From Myxococcota bacterium (GTDB lineage Bacteria > Myxococcota_A > Polyangia > DASYRF01): a stretch of 64,000 nt of DNA. The DNA lies in NCBI GenBank assembly GCA_036004705.1, contig DASYRF010000092.1:12374-76373 (forward strand). Direction: 5' to 3'. Below, in pieces: positions 55,027 to 63,135 of this stretch. A program made the position numbers and the translations under genes. The stretch's first letter is position 1, and each line of letters opens with the position of its first letter. The notes below the pieces were generated by a model. That model made no database searches. It worked only from the letters and a program-made list of their open reading frames with translations, and had not been told where the DNA came from.

Positions 55027-55042
55027 GACTGGCCGGCCAGTC
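55027..55042. promoter_or_regulatory. Perfect 16-bp palindrome GACTGGCCGGCCAGTC, candidate TetR operator
   Basis: It lies 9 nt upstream of tetR start 55018. A related half-site pair TGGCAG...GCCAGT follows at 55054-55073 in an unusually AT-rich spacer. Confidence 0.5.
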
Positions 55043-55107
55043 CTATACCATGGTTGGCAGTTAACCCGCCAGTACTATTTTACTTTCGTTTCCCTGTGCG
55101 GGCCCGG

Positions 55108-55887
55108 CTAGCCCGTGAGCAGTCCGAGCAGGCGGTCGGGTTGATCGACGTGCAGCAGGTGGCCGGCATCGGGGATCGTGTCGACGCGGCAGCCGGCGGC
55201 GGCGAAGCGGGCCGCGTCGGCGGCCGTGACGTAGGGCGAGCGCGCGCCGCGGATGCAGCGGACGCTGAGGCCGGCGGGGCGGGCTTCCACGACGGGCCAG
55301 AGGTCCTCGGCGTCGGTGCGGGCGCGCAGCGCGGCCAGCGCGGCACGGTCGACGCGCCAAGCGTAGCCGTCGCCGCGGCGCACCAGGTTCATGACCAGCC
55401 AGTCGGCCAGGGCGGGCGAAACGCCGGCGGCGGCGATGGCGCCGCGCACGGTGCGACGATCCGGGGCGGCGGCCGGCGCCGCCAGGAGGGAAGCGAGGAG
55501 CGCGCCGTTCTCGCCGCGCGACTCCTCGATGGGCCCGGGCGCGATGTCGAGCAGCGTGACGCTTCCCACGCGCCCGGGCGCCGCGTGCGCCGCGGCGAGC
55601 GCCACCCGCCCACCCAGCGAATGGCCCACCAGCCGCAGCGGCGGCTCCGTCGCGAGCGCCGCCGCCGTGTCGAGCACGTCGCGCCCGAGCGCGCCGAGGT
55701 CCGCGCCCTCCGCCAGCGGTGGCGAGTCTCCGTGTCCGCGCAGGTCGCACATTACGATCGATAGATTAGAATCGCGCGCCGCCCACGCCCGCGCCAGCGA
55801 CCCTAGGTTCCGCCCCGACCCGAGGAACCCGTGCAGCAGGATGACCGCCGTGCCGCCGTCCCCCACCCGCGCCTGCGCCAGCCTCAC
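55108..55887 (-). CDS. Alpha/beta hydrolase (YbfF-like esterase)
   Basis: VILLHGFLGSGRNLGSLA, the GHSLGG nucleophile elbow and a C-terminal DAGHLLHVDQP are present. The start is uncertain: GTG 55887 is preferred, with alternatives TTG 55923 and ATG 56001. Confidence 0.8.
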   Translation of the reverse strand: MRLAQARVGDGGTAVILLHGFLGSGRNLGSLARAWAARDSNLSIVMCDLRGHGDSPPLAEGADLGALGRDVLDTAAALATEPPLRLVGHSLGGRVALAAAHAAPGRVGSVTLLDIAPGPIEESRGENGALLASLLAAPAAAPDRRTVRGAIAAAGVSPALADWLVMNLVRRGDGYAWRVDRAALAALRARTDAEDLWPVVEARPAGLSVRCIRGARSPYVTAADAARFAAAGCRVDTIPDAGHLLHVDQPDRLLGLLTG

Positions 55888-55999
55888 GTCGCCATCTAAC
55901 GGTGGCCCACACTGCCGCGTCAACGCAAGCCGGCGTGCTAGAAACGCTGTCACCACAGCCGGGGCCGGCGCGTTGAGGGTGCAGGAGGCTTCGACGAAC

Positions 56000-58630
56000 A
56001 TGACGACGACGGTCGCGGGAACGGGCACGGCACAGGCGTACGAGAGCAACGGGGGGCGGCTGGTGGCGTTGGACGGGCGCACGCTGCCGCTGCGCGGGGT
56101 GAAGGTGCGGGCGGAGGCCGCAGGGGGGCTGGCGCGCGTGGTCCTGGAGCAGCGGTTCGGCAATCCCTACCAGGAGCCGCTTCAGGTTTCTTACAGCGTG
56201 CCGCTGCCGGCGGAAGGGGCGGTGGCGGGGTACGCCTTCCGCATCGGCGAGCGGCGCGTGGTCGGCGAGATCGACCGGCGCGCCGCAGCGCGCGAGCGGT
56301 TCGAGGCGGCGATCCTGGAGGGGCGCACGGCGGCGCTGCTGGATCAGGAGCGGCAGAACCTGTTCTCGCAGGAAGTGGGCAACGTGCCGCCGGGGCAGGA
56401 GGTCACGGTGGAGCTGACCGTCGACCAGCGGCTGCGCTGGCTGGCGGAGGGGCTGTGGGAGTGGCGCTTTCCCACGGTGGCGCCGCCGCGCTACCTGGGC
56501 GCGCCGGGGCGCGTCGCCGACGCCGCGCGCGTGACGGTCGACGTCGCCGACGGCCCGACGGGCGTACGCGCTGCGCTGGAGCTGTCGCTGCGCGATGCCC
56601 TCGTGGAGGGACGTGCGCCGGAGTCGCCTTCGCACCGCGTCGCGACGAACGCGGTCGCCGGAGAGACGGGCCCTTGCGCGCGCATCGTCTTCGCCGACGA
56701 GGCCGGCGCGGCGCTGGACCGCGACCTGGTGGTGCGCTGGGCGGTGGCGCAGCCGCGCGTGGGCGCGACGCTCGAGTGCGCGCGCCCGGCGGCGGGCAAG
56801 CCGCACGGCGGCGACGCCTACGGCCTGCTGACCATCGTCCCGCCTTCGGCCGGGGCGCCCGAGGCGCGCGCGCTGCCGCGCGACCTGTGCGTGCTGCTCG
56901 ACACCAGCGGCTCGATGGGCGGACGGCCGCTCGACCACGCGCGCCGCGTCGTCTCGGCGCTGGTGGACAGCCTCGGCGAGGCCGACCAGCTCGAGCTCAT
57001 CGCCTTCTCCAGCCGGCCACACCGCTGGCAGGGACGACCCGTCGCGGCCACGGCGGGGGCGCGGCGCGAGGCGCTGAAGTGGCTGGCGGCGCTCTCCGCC
57101 GGCGGCGGAACCGAGATGCACGAGGCGGTGAAAGAGGCGCTGAGGCCGCTGCGCGCCGACGCGCAGCGCCAGGTCGTGCTCGTCACCGACGGGCACATCG
57201 GCTTCGAGACCGAGGTCGTGGGCGAGGTCATCGCGCACCTGCCGCGCTCGTCGCGGCTGCACACGGTGGCGGTGGGGTCGTCGACCAACCGCGCGCTCAC
57301 CGGCCCGGCGGCGCGCGCCGGGCACGGGCTGGAGATCGCGGTCGACCTCGACGAGGACGCCGAGCGCGGCGCGGCGCGGCTGGTGGCGGCAACGCGCGCG
57401 CCGTTGCTCGTGGACGTGACGGTCGAGGGCGAGGCGGTGCGCGCGGTGGCCCCGCGTGCGTTGCCGGATCTCTTCGCCGCGGCGCCGGCACTCGTCTCGG
57501 TACGGCTGCGCGCCGAAGGCGGCGCGCTCGTGGTGCGCGGGCGTACGCCCGCGGGCGCGTGGGAGCAGCATCTCGCCGTCGCGCCCTGCGAGTCGGGCGT
57601 AGGCAACGCCGCGGTCGTCGCGCTCTTCGGGCGCGAATCGGTGGAGGACCTCGAGACGTCGCTGGCGGGTGGGCAGGTGAACCGTCGGGACACCGACGCC
57701 ACTATCGAGCGGCTCGGGCTGGAGTTCGGGGTGGCCACGCGGCTCACGTCGTGGGTCGCCGTGAGCGACGAGCCCACGGTCGACCCGCGCGCACCGGTGC
57801 GGCACGAGCGCGTACCGCAAGAGCTGCCCTACGGCCTGTCGGCGGAGGGACTCGGGCTGCGGGCGGCGTTCCCCGGCGGCGCGGCCGGCGCGGCGACGCT
57901 CTCGCACGCGGGTGTAGCCGGCGCGCCGCTCGCTCAGCGCGCCCGACAGCAGGCGGCGTTCGTCGGGGCGGCGCGAAACGGGTTCGTGGCCAGCGCCGCG
58001 CCGGCCGGACCGGCGCAGCCTCCGCGGGCGCCCGCGCCGACGGGTCGGCCGATGGAGGCCGCCAAGCAGAAGGTGGGCGGGGCCGGCGCGCTGCTCGGCC
58101 GCGCCGCCGACGCGTTGCGCGAGATGGCGAGCCGCGCGCGCAGCGCGTTCGACCCGGGCGGCCGCCAGGCGTCGGCCGAGGACGAGGCGGGGCGAGGCGG
58201 AGCCGGCGGCGGCGAGGACTGGGACGTCGGCGCGTCCGCCGCGGAGGAGCCGAGCACGTTGGAGCTGGAGTTGCGACCCGAGGCAGACGCGCGTGGCGAC
58301 GCAGGCACGGCGCCAGAGCCCGAGGAGGCGGACGAGCAGGTGCTGCACGGGCGGATCGTGCGCCTGAAGGACGGCGAGCTGCTGGTGGAGATCGACGTGG
58401 AGGGCGCGCCACTCGACTGGGATCCCGTGGCGGCGGCCGAGCTGACGCTCGCCGACGGGACGACGCAGGCGTCGGCGGTCGTGGACGCGCGCACCACGCG
58501 CGGCGGCCGCGTCCCGCCGGGAGCGCGGATCCGTCTCTGCGTGGCGGCGGCGGGGCTTGGCGGCGCGCCCGCGCCCGCGGCGGTGGTCCTGCACACGCAC
58601 GCCGGTGCGACGGTGCGGATCCTGCTTTGA
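56000..58630 (+). CDS. VIT + von Willebrand factor A domain protein (876 aa), no obvious signal peptide
   Basis: The true start is MTTTVAGTG at 56000. The VIT region contains LPLRGVKVRAEAAGGLARVVLEQRFGNPYQEPLQVSYSVPLP. VWA MIDAS is VLLDTSGSMGG. The C-terminal region is long, acidic and Ala-rich. Confidence 0.85.
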   Translation: MTTTVAGTGTAQAYESNGGRLVALDGRTLPLRGVKVRAEAAGGLARVVLEQRFGNPYQEPLQVSYSVPLPAEGAVAGYAFRIGERRVVGEIDRRAAARERFEAAILEGRTAALLDQERQNLFSQEVGNVPPGQEVTVELTVDQRLRWLAEGLWEWRFPTVAPPRYLGAPGRVADAARVTVDVADGPTGVRAALELSLRDALVEGRAPESPSHRVATNAVAGETGPCARIVFADEAGAALDRDLVVRWAVAQPRVGATLECARPAAGKPHGGDAYGLLTIVPPSAGAPEARALPRDLCVLLDTSGSMGGRPLDHARRVVSALVDSLGEADQLELIAFSSRPHRWQGRPVAATAGARREALKWLAALSAGGGTEMHEAVKEALRPLRADAQRQVVLVTDGHIGFETEVVGEVIAHLPRSSRLHTVAVGSSTNRALTGPAARAGHGLEIAVDLDEDAERGAARLVAATRAPLLVDVTVEGEAVRAVAPRALPDLFAAAPALVSVRLRAEGGALVVRGRTPAGAWEQHLAVAPCESGVGNAAVVALFGRESVEDLETSLAGGQVNRRDTDATIERLGLEFGVATRLTSWVAVSDEPTVDPRAPVRHERVPQELPYGLSAEGLGLRAAFPGGAAGAATLSHAGVAGAPLAQRARQQAAFVGAARNGFVASAAPAGPAQPPRAPAPTGRPMEAAKQKVGGAGALLGRAADALREMASRARSAFDPGGRQASAEDEAGRGGAGGGEDWDVGASAAEEPSTLELELRPEADARGDAGTAPEPEEADEQVLHGRIVRLKDGELLVEIDVEGAPLDWDPVAAAELTLADGTTQASAVVDARTTRGGRVPPGARIRLCVAAAGLGGAPAPAAVVLHTHAGATVRILL

Positions 58631-59199
58631 GCGATGCCGGCGCCGAGCTCGGCCTCATCGGCGCGGGCGACCGCGACGCCTTCACTCGCTGGCTCGCCCG
58701 CGCCGAGAGGCCCCTTCGTGCGTCCCTCGCCACCTTCGCCCGGCGTGTCGACGTCGAGGCCGTGCTGCAGGAAACGCTCCTACGCGTGTGGCAGGTGGCG
58801 CCGCGCGTGCAACCCGACGGCGCGCCGGAGCCGCTGCTGCGTCTGGGCGTGCGCATCGCCCGAAACCTGGCTCTCTCCGAGCTGCGGCGCGCGCGCCTCG
58901 ATCCGGCCGAGCTGGAGGTGCTGGAGCGCGCCGCCCACGCCGCGGCGCCGCCGGCCGATCGGGAGGCGGGCCCCGCCGACCCGCTCTTGCGCGCGCACAT
59001 CGCCCGCTGCTGCGCCGCGCTTCCGCCGAGGCCGGCCGCCGCGCTCGAGGCGCGCCTGACCGCCGCCGGCGCCGAGCCCGACCGCGTGCTGGCCGACCGG
59101 CTCGGCATGCGCCTCAACACGTTCCTGCAGAACTTCGGGCGGGCGCGCAAGCTCCTGCTCGACTGCCTGCGCCGGCAGGGCGTCGTGGTGGAGGTCTAG
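58627..59199 (+). CDS. ECF-type sigma-70 family sigma factor (third copy)
   Basis: The TTG start overlaps the VIT-VWA stop (TTGA), with no in-frame ATG. The region 2-like part is AVLQETLLRVWQVAPRV...RIARNLALSELRR. The region 4-like part is VLADRLGMRLNTFLQNFGRARKLLLDCL. Confidence 0.65.
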   Translation: MSDAGAELGLIGAGDRDAFTRWLARAERPLRASLATFARRVDVEAVLQETLLRVWQVAPRVQPDGAPEPLLRLGVRIARNLALSELRRARLDPAELEVLERAAHAAAPPADREAGPADPLLRAHIARCCAALPPRPAAALEARLTAAGAEPDRVLADRLGMRLNTFLQNFGRARKLLLDCLRRQGVVVEV

Positions 59200-59430
59200 A
59201 TGCCGCTCGATCCGCGTGAACGCGAGACGCTCGTCGAGGCGGCGACCACCGCCTGGCGGCCGCGCGACCCCGACGGCCGCGCCCGCCCGCACCCCGCCTG
59301 GTGCGACCTCGACGACGCGGGGCGCGAGGCGCTGCACGAGGCGACCGTCGCCGCGCGCGCGCTGGAGGCGGCGCTCGACCCCGACGGGCTCTCCAGCACG
59401 GCACGCGCGGTGCTGGCGCGCCTACCCTGA
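59200..59430 (+). CDS. Small acidic protein (76 aa) immediately downstream of the sigma gene (possible partner)
   Basis: ATG directly follows the TAG of the sigma gene. GC3 is nearly 100%. No domain recognised. Confidence 0.5.
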   Translation: MPLDPRERETLVEAATTAWRPRDPDGRARPHPAWCDLDDAGREALHEATVAARALEAALDPDGLSSTARAVLARLP

Positions 59431-59731
59431 CGGAGCGACGACGGCCAGACCCTGGAAGAAGCGGTCGATCTCGGCGTCGGTCGTGTAGAAATGCGGGGAC
59501 ACGCGCAGGCCGGCACGCGGGCGCCAGTCGCACAGCACGCCGCGCGCCAGCAGCCCCGCGCACGCACGGCGGTGGCGCGCCTACCTGCACGGAGCGACGG
59601 CGGCCAGCTCCTCGAAGAAGCGGTCGACCTCGGCGTCGGTCGTGTAGAAATGCGGGGACACGCGCAAGCCGGCGCGCGGGCGCCAGTCGCACAGCACGCC
59701 GCGCGCCAGCAGCCCCGCGCACGCCGACTCG
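59414..59731. repeat. Tandem direct duplication, 2 x 159 bp, spanning the kynureninase 3' end and stop codon
   Basis: Unit 1 (59414-59572) and unit 2 (59573-59731) align at a constant 159-bp offset with only scattered substitutions. Confidence 0.9.
59422..59572 (-). pseudogene. Duplicated C-terminal fragment of the kynureninase-like gene
   Basis: It translates in frame as ARHRRACAGLLARGVLCDWRPRAGLRVSPHFYTTDAEIDRFFQGLAVVAPSG*. The intact gene end reads ACAGLLARGVLCDWRPRAGLRVSPHFYTTDAEVDRFFEELAAVAPCR*. The fragment is separated from the intact gene only by its TAG. Confidence 0.75.
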
Positions 59732-60735
59732 GCGCCTTCGAAATCGATCGACACCGTGCCGCCGCGCCGCGCTTCGTCGCGCGGCGTGTTCAGGCGCAAT
59801 CCGCGGGCGTCGGCGCCGGCGATGAGCCGCCCGGTGAGGCGCAGCGACTTCTCCCGGATGCGCGCCACCCCCACGGAACGCACGATCTCCCAGCCGGCGC
59901 GCGCCGTGTAGAACGCCGGCACCGGCGCCGTCCCGCCGGCGAACCGCCGGATGGAGCCCGCATAGACGATGGGCCCTGGCTCGAACGCGAACGGCCGCTC
60001 GTGCGCGAACCAGCCGGTGAACACCGGCTCGAGCGCGCCGATGCGGTCGGGGCGCACGTAGAGCCACGCCGCCCCCGGCCCGCCGCACAGCCACTTCACC
60101 GAGCCACCGCAAGCGAAGTCCACGCCCAGGGCCGCCAGCGAGAAGGGCACCGTCCCCGCCGACTGGTAGCAATCGAGCAGCACCATCGCCCCGGCGTCGC
60201 GCGCGCGCGCCGCCAGCGCCGCCACGTCTTCCAGGGCGCCGCTGCGGAACGTCACGTGCGACAGCGGCACGATCGCGGTGCGCTCGTCGACCGCCGCCGC
60301 GAGCGCGGCGGTGGGCGGGTGAACGCCGTCGGCGCTCGGCACCACCGCGAGCTCCGCGCCGCGCCGGCGTGCCTGCTCCTGCCAGATGTAGCCGACCGAG
60401 TGGAACTCCAGGTCGCTCATCACGACCCGCCGGCGCGGCCCGCTGAAGTCCAGGCAGCTCGCCACGACCGACTGCGCCGTCGAGACGTTGGGCAGCAGCA
60501 CCACCGTGCCCGGGGCGGCGCCGACGATCTCCGCCATCAGCTCGCCCATCTCGGCGGCGAACGGCAGCCAGGTCTCCCAAGCGGCCACGCCGTCCTCGTC
60601 CCAGCGGTCCAGGAACTCGGCGGCGCGCGCCCGCGCCCCGCGCGGCATTGCCCCCAGCGTGTGAGACGCCAGGTGCAGCTTGCGCTCCAGGATGGGGAAT
60701 TCGCCCCGCCAGCGCGCCGCCAGGTCGTCCAGCAT
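59581..60735 (-). CDS. Kynureninase-like class-V-fold PLP-dependent enzyme
   Basis: The probable start is MLDDLAARWRGEFPIL at 60735. ACGGSVKWLCGGPGAAWLYV parallels the kynureninase PLP-Lys block, and LSHVTFRSG is present. Confidence 0.8.
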   Translation of the reverse strand: MLDDLAARWRGEFPILERKLHLASHTLGAMPRGARARAAEFLDRWDEDGVAAWETWLPFAAEMGELMAEIVGAAPGTVVLLPNVSTAQSVVASCLDFSGPRRRVVMSDLEFHSVGYIWQEQARRRGAELAVVPSADGVHPPTAALAAAVDERTAIVPLSHVTFRSGALEDVAALAARARDAGAMVLLDCYQSAGTVPFSLAALGVDFACGGSVKWLCGGPGAAWLYVRPDRIGALEPVFTGWFAHERPFAFEPGPIVYAGSIRRFAGGTAPVPAFYTARAGWEIVRSVGVARIREKSLRLTGRLIAGADARGLRLNTPRDEARRGGTVSIDFEGAESACAGLLARGVLCDWRPRAGLRVSPHFYTTDAEVDRFFEELAAVAPCR

Positions 60736-60744
60736 GCGCGAGCC

Positions 60745-60752
60745 ACTATAGT
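60745..60752. promoter_or_regulatory. Palindromic -10-like box ACTATAGT shared by two divergent genes
   Basis: It reads TATAGT on both strands. On the minus strand it is followed by 9 nt and then ATG 60735. On the plus strand it abuts ATG 60753 and lies 12 nt from ATG 60765. Neither side has an SD. Confidence 0.45.
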
Positions 60753-60764
60753 ATGCTGCGCGCG

Positions 60765-61865
60765 ATGACGGCGAGGGCGAGCGCGAGCGCGGCCGCGAGC
60801 ACACGGCGCGCGCGGCGGCGCGACTGGCGCACGACCGGGCTCTATATCGCCGTGCTGGCGCGCGAGTTTCGCTGGACCTTCGCCGGGCTCGCCGTCGCGG
60901 TCGCCGCCGGCACCGCGCTCTTCGCCGTCACGCCCCACGCTGCGCTGGGCGGGGCGCGGCCCTCCCTGCTGGTCGCCGCCTACGCCGCCTGGATGGCGCT
61001 CTTCGCCCAGCCTCCCTTCCAACCGCCCGACACCTGGTACCTCGCGCTCGTCAACGGCCTCTACCCGCTCGTCGGCTTCCTGCTCGTCGGCGAAGGGATC
61101 GTCCGCATGGGGATGCTCATCGTCTCCAAGCAGCAGGGGGAGAAGTGGTGGATGAAGGTCTCCGCTTCCACGTACCGCGACCACGTCGTCCTGTGCGGCC
61201 TCGGCCACGTCGGCTGGCGCGTGCTCGGCCACCTCCTCGAGGCGCAGGTGCAGGTCGTCGCCATCGAGAAGGACGGCGAAGGCCGTTTCGTCGCGCAGGC
61301 AAAGTCCACCGGCGCGCCCGTGCTGGTCCGCGACATGAAGGACGACGACGCGCTCGTCGAGGCCGGCGTGGCGCACGCGCGCGCCATCGTCGCTGCCACC
61401 AACGACGACATGTCCAACCTGGAGGTGGCGCTCGACGCGCGCCGCCTCAACCCGCGCATCCGCGTGGTGATGCGCCTGTTCGACCAGGCCATCGCCGCCA
61501 AGATCGCCGGCGCCTTCGACATCGACTTCGCCTTCTCGTCGAGCGCGCTGGCCGCGCCGGCGATCGCCGCCATGACGATGGAGAACCGCGTCCTCGCCAC
61601 CTACGACATCGGCGGGCGGCCCTGGGTCGTGGGCGAGGTGAGCGTCGAAGAGGGCAGCGCGCTCGCTGGGCGCACCGTGGACGCACTCGAGCGCCAGCAC
61701 GGCGCCCGCGTCGTGTCGGTCAAGGCGCACGCCCGCGCCGCGCCGGCCGCGCCCGGCGCCGACACCGTCGTGGCCGCCGGCGACGTCCTGGTGGTGCACG
61801 CCGCCGCCGATCACATCGGCGCGCTCGCCGCCGCCGCCCGCACGGCGACGGGCGCCGGCCTCTAG
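60765..61865 (+). CDS. Membrane protein with TrkA-N (RCK) and TrkA-C domains, K+-channel-like but without a canonical selectivity filter
   Basis: VVLCGLGHVGWRV is the Rossmann GxGxxG. TNDDMSNLEVAL is present, and the TrkA-C part contains GDVLVVHA. The N-terminus has TM helices. The alternative start is ATG 60753. Confidence 0.8.
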   Translation: MTARASASAAASTRRARRRDWRTTGLYIAVLAREFRWTFAGLAVAVAAGTALFAVTPHAALGGARPSLLVAAYAAWMALFAQPPFQPPDTWYLALVNGLYPLVGFLLVGEGIVRMGMLIVSKQQGEKWWMKVSASTYRDHVVLCGLGHVGWRVLGHLLEAQVQVVAIEKDGEGRFVAQAKSTGAPVLVRDMKDDDALVEAGVAHARAIVAATNDDMSNLEVALDARRLNPRIRVVMRLFDQAIAAKIAGAFDIDFAFSSSALAAPAIAAMTMENRVLATYDIGGRPWVVGEVSVEEGSALAGRTVDALERQHGARVVSVKAHARAAPAAPGADTVVAAGDVLVVHAAADHIGALAAAARTATGAGL

Positions 61866-62030
61866 CGCGTCCCGCGCCATTGGCCGCGGCTTCGGCTCAG
61901 AATCAGAATCAGAGCGTGTGAAGAAATCGTAGGAGGGGGTTCGATGCGCTGTGCCTCGGACGCCACCCAGATTGTCCGAGCGCCGAGAATGCTTCGCCGA
62001 GGAGGTCGCCCTTAGGGCGATCGCCTCGAC

Positions 62031-63008
62031 TCAGTCTTCGGCGGCGGCGCCGCCGCCCATCGCGGCGGCCGCCGCCAGGTCCTGCGGCTTGATCTTCTTG
62101 GGGTCCAGCTTGCGCGCCCCTTCGATCATCTTGTCGATCGTCGCCGCGAACTCGGCGCGCGGCGACTTCTGCCCGGGCTTGGCCGGCCGCACCCAGCGCA
62201 GCGGATTGACTCGCGCCACCACGAACGGCTTGAGGTAGGCGCTGGTGAAGCCCGCGTCCTTCAGCTTCTTCACCGCCTCGCCCACGGCCTCGTCCAGCTC
62301 CAGCAGCTTGGCCGCACGCCCCTCGCGCTCGGCGAGCGACTTGGCGATGCCCTTGGTGGCGAACTCCTCGCAGCGCTTCACCACCGACAGGTACGCCCCG
62401 CCGCTGAAGCGCGCGTTGCGCTCGTAGCAGACGCCGATCGTCACGTACGCCGGCTCCTCGAACTCGAACGCCCAGTCGCTCTCGGGACGCCCGGCCGTCT
62501 CGTCCTGCGCCGCCAGCGCGCGCGCCATGCGCACTACCTCCAGCGCCTTGTCCTTGAGGTTGTGCGCCTTCTCCGTGTTCAGCGCGAGGATGCGGAACGC
62601 CACTTCCGGCTCGGGCACCACCAGCGCGACGATTGATTTCGCCCCCAGCCGCCGCATCGCCTCCAGCCGGTGCATGCCGTTGGGCGTCCAGAAGCCGCCG
62701 CCGTGGCGCACCGCCACCACCGGGTCGAGGTAGCGTCCCACCTTGGGGATGACGCCGGCCAGGCGCTTGGCGTGCGTGTCGCTCAGCTCGCGCTGGTAGG
62801 GCGTGGGGGCGACCTTGTCGATCGGCAGCGACGCCAGCACCAGCCACTGCCCGCCGAACGGGTCCCGGTAGGTGGCGAGCGCCGCGCCGCCCTGGGCGGC
62901 GATCTCGTCGGCGAGCGCCTTCAGCGCCGGCGGCGCGCTCCCGCCGGCGACCTCGACGGCGCTCAACCCGACGCTCCCTTCCTTCGCCTTCTTCTTGCGT
63001 GGCGGCAT
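62031..63008 (-). CDS. ParB/Srx-like N-terminal nuclease-fold domain protein
   Basis: LPIDKVAPTPYQRELSDTHAKRL and WTPNGMHRLEAMRRLG are ParB-N-like boxes. The N-terminus is Lys-rich, and the C-terminal half is helical. Confidence 0.7.
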   Translation of the reverse strand: MPPRKKKAKEGSVGLSAVEVAGGSAPPALKALADEIAAQGGAALATYRDPFGGQWLVLASLPIDKVAPTPYQRELSDTHAKRLAGVIPKVGRYLDPVVAVRHGGGFWTPNGMHRLEAMRRLGAKSIVALVVPEPEVAFRILALNTEKAHNLKDKALEVVRMARALAAQDETAGRPESDWAFEFEEPAYVTIGVCYERNARFSGGAYLSVVKRCEEFATKGIAKSLAEREGRAAKLLELDEAVGEAVKKLKDAGFTSAYLKPFVVARVNPLRWVRPAKPGQKSPRAEFAATIDKMIEGARKLDPKKIKPQDLAAAAAMGGGAAAED

Positions 63009-63135
63009 GGCGGCCCTCCGTGCGGCGGACCTTGTATCACGGCCCTTGCCGGCGTTGTTGCTCGGGCCGGCGGTGAACGGTAAGATCCGTCAAAGCTCGC
63101 GTTCTTCAGGTCGTTCGCCTGCGGCGAGGAGACCC

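Noticed and set aside
61898-61914. Microsatellite (CAGAAT) x2.5 downstream of the RCK gene.
   Set aside because: It is very short and sits in a convergent spacer. There is no evidence of function or variability.
62003-62024. Hairpin GGTCGCCC-tta-GGGCGATC just downstream of the ParB-like gene, as a possible terminator.
   Set aside because: The stem is only 6 perfect bp with a mismatch, and there is no U-tract. It is indistinguishable from chance palindromes in GC-rich DNA.
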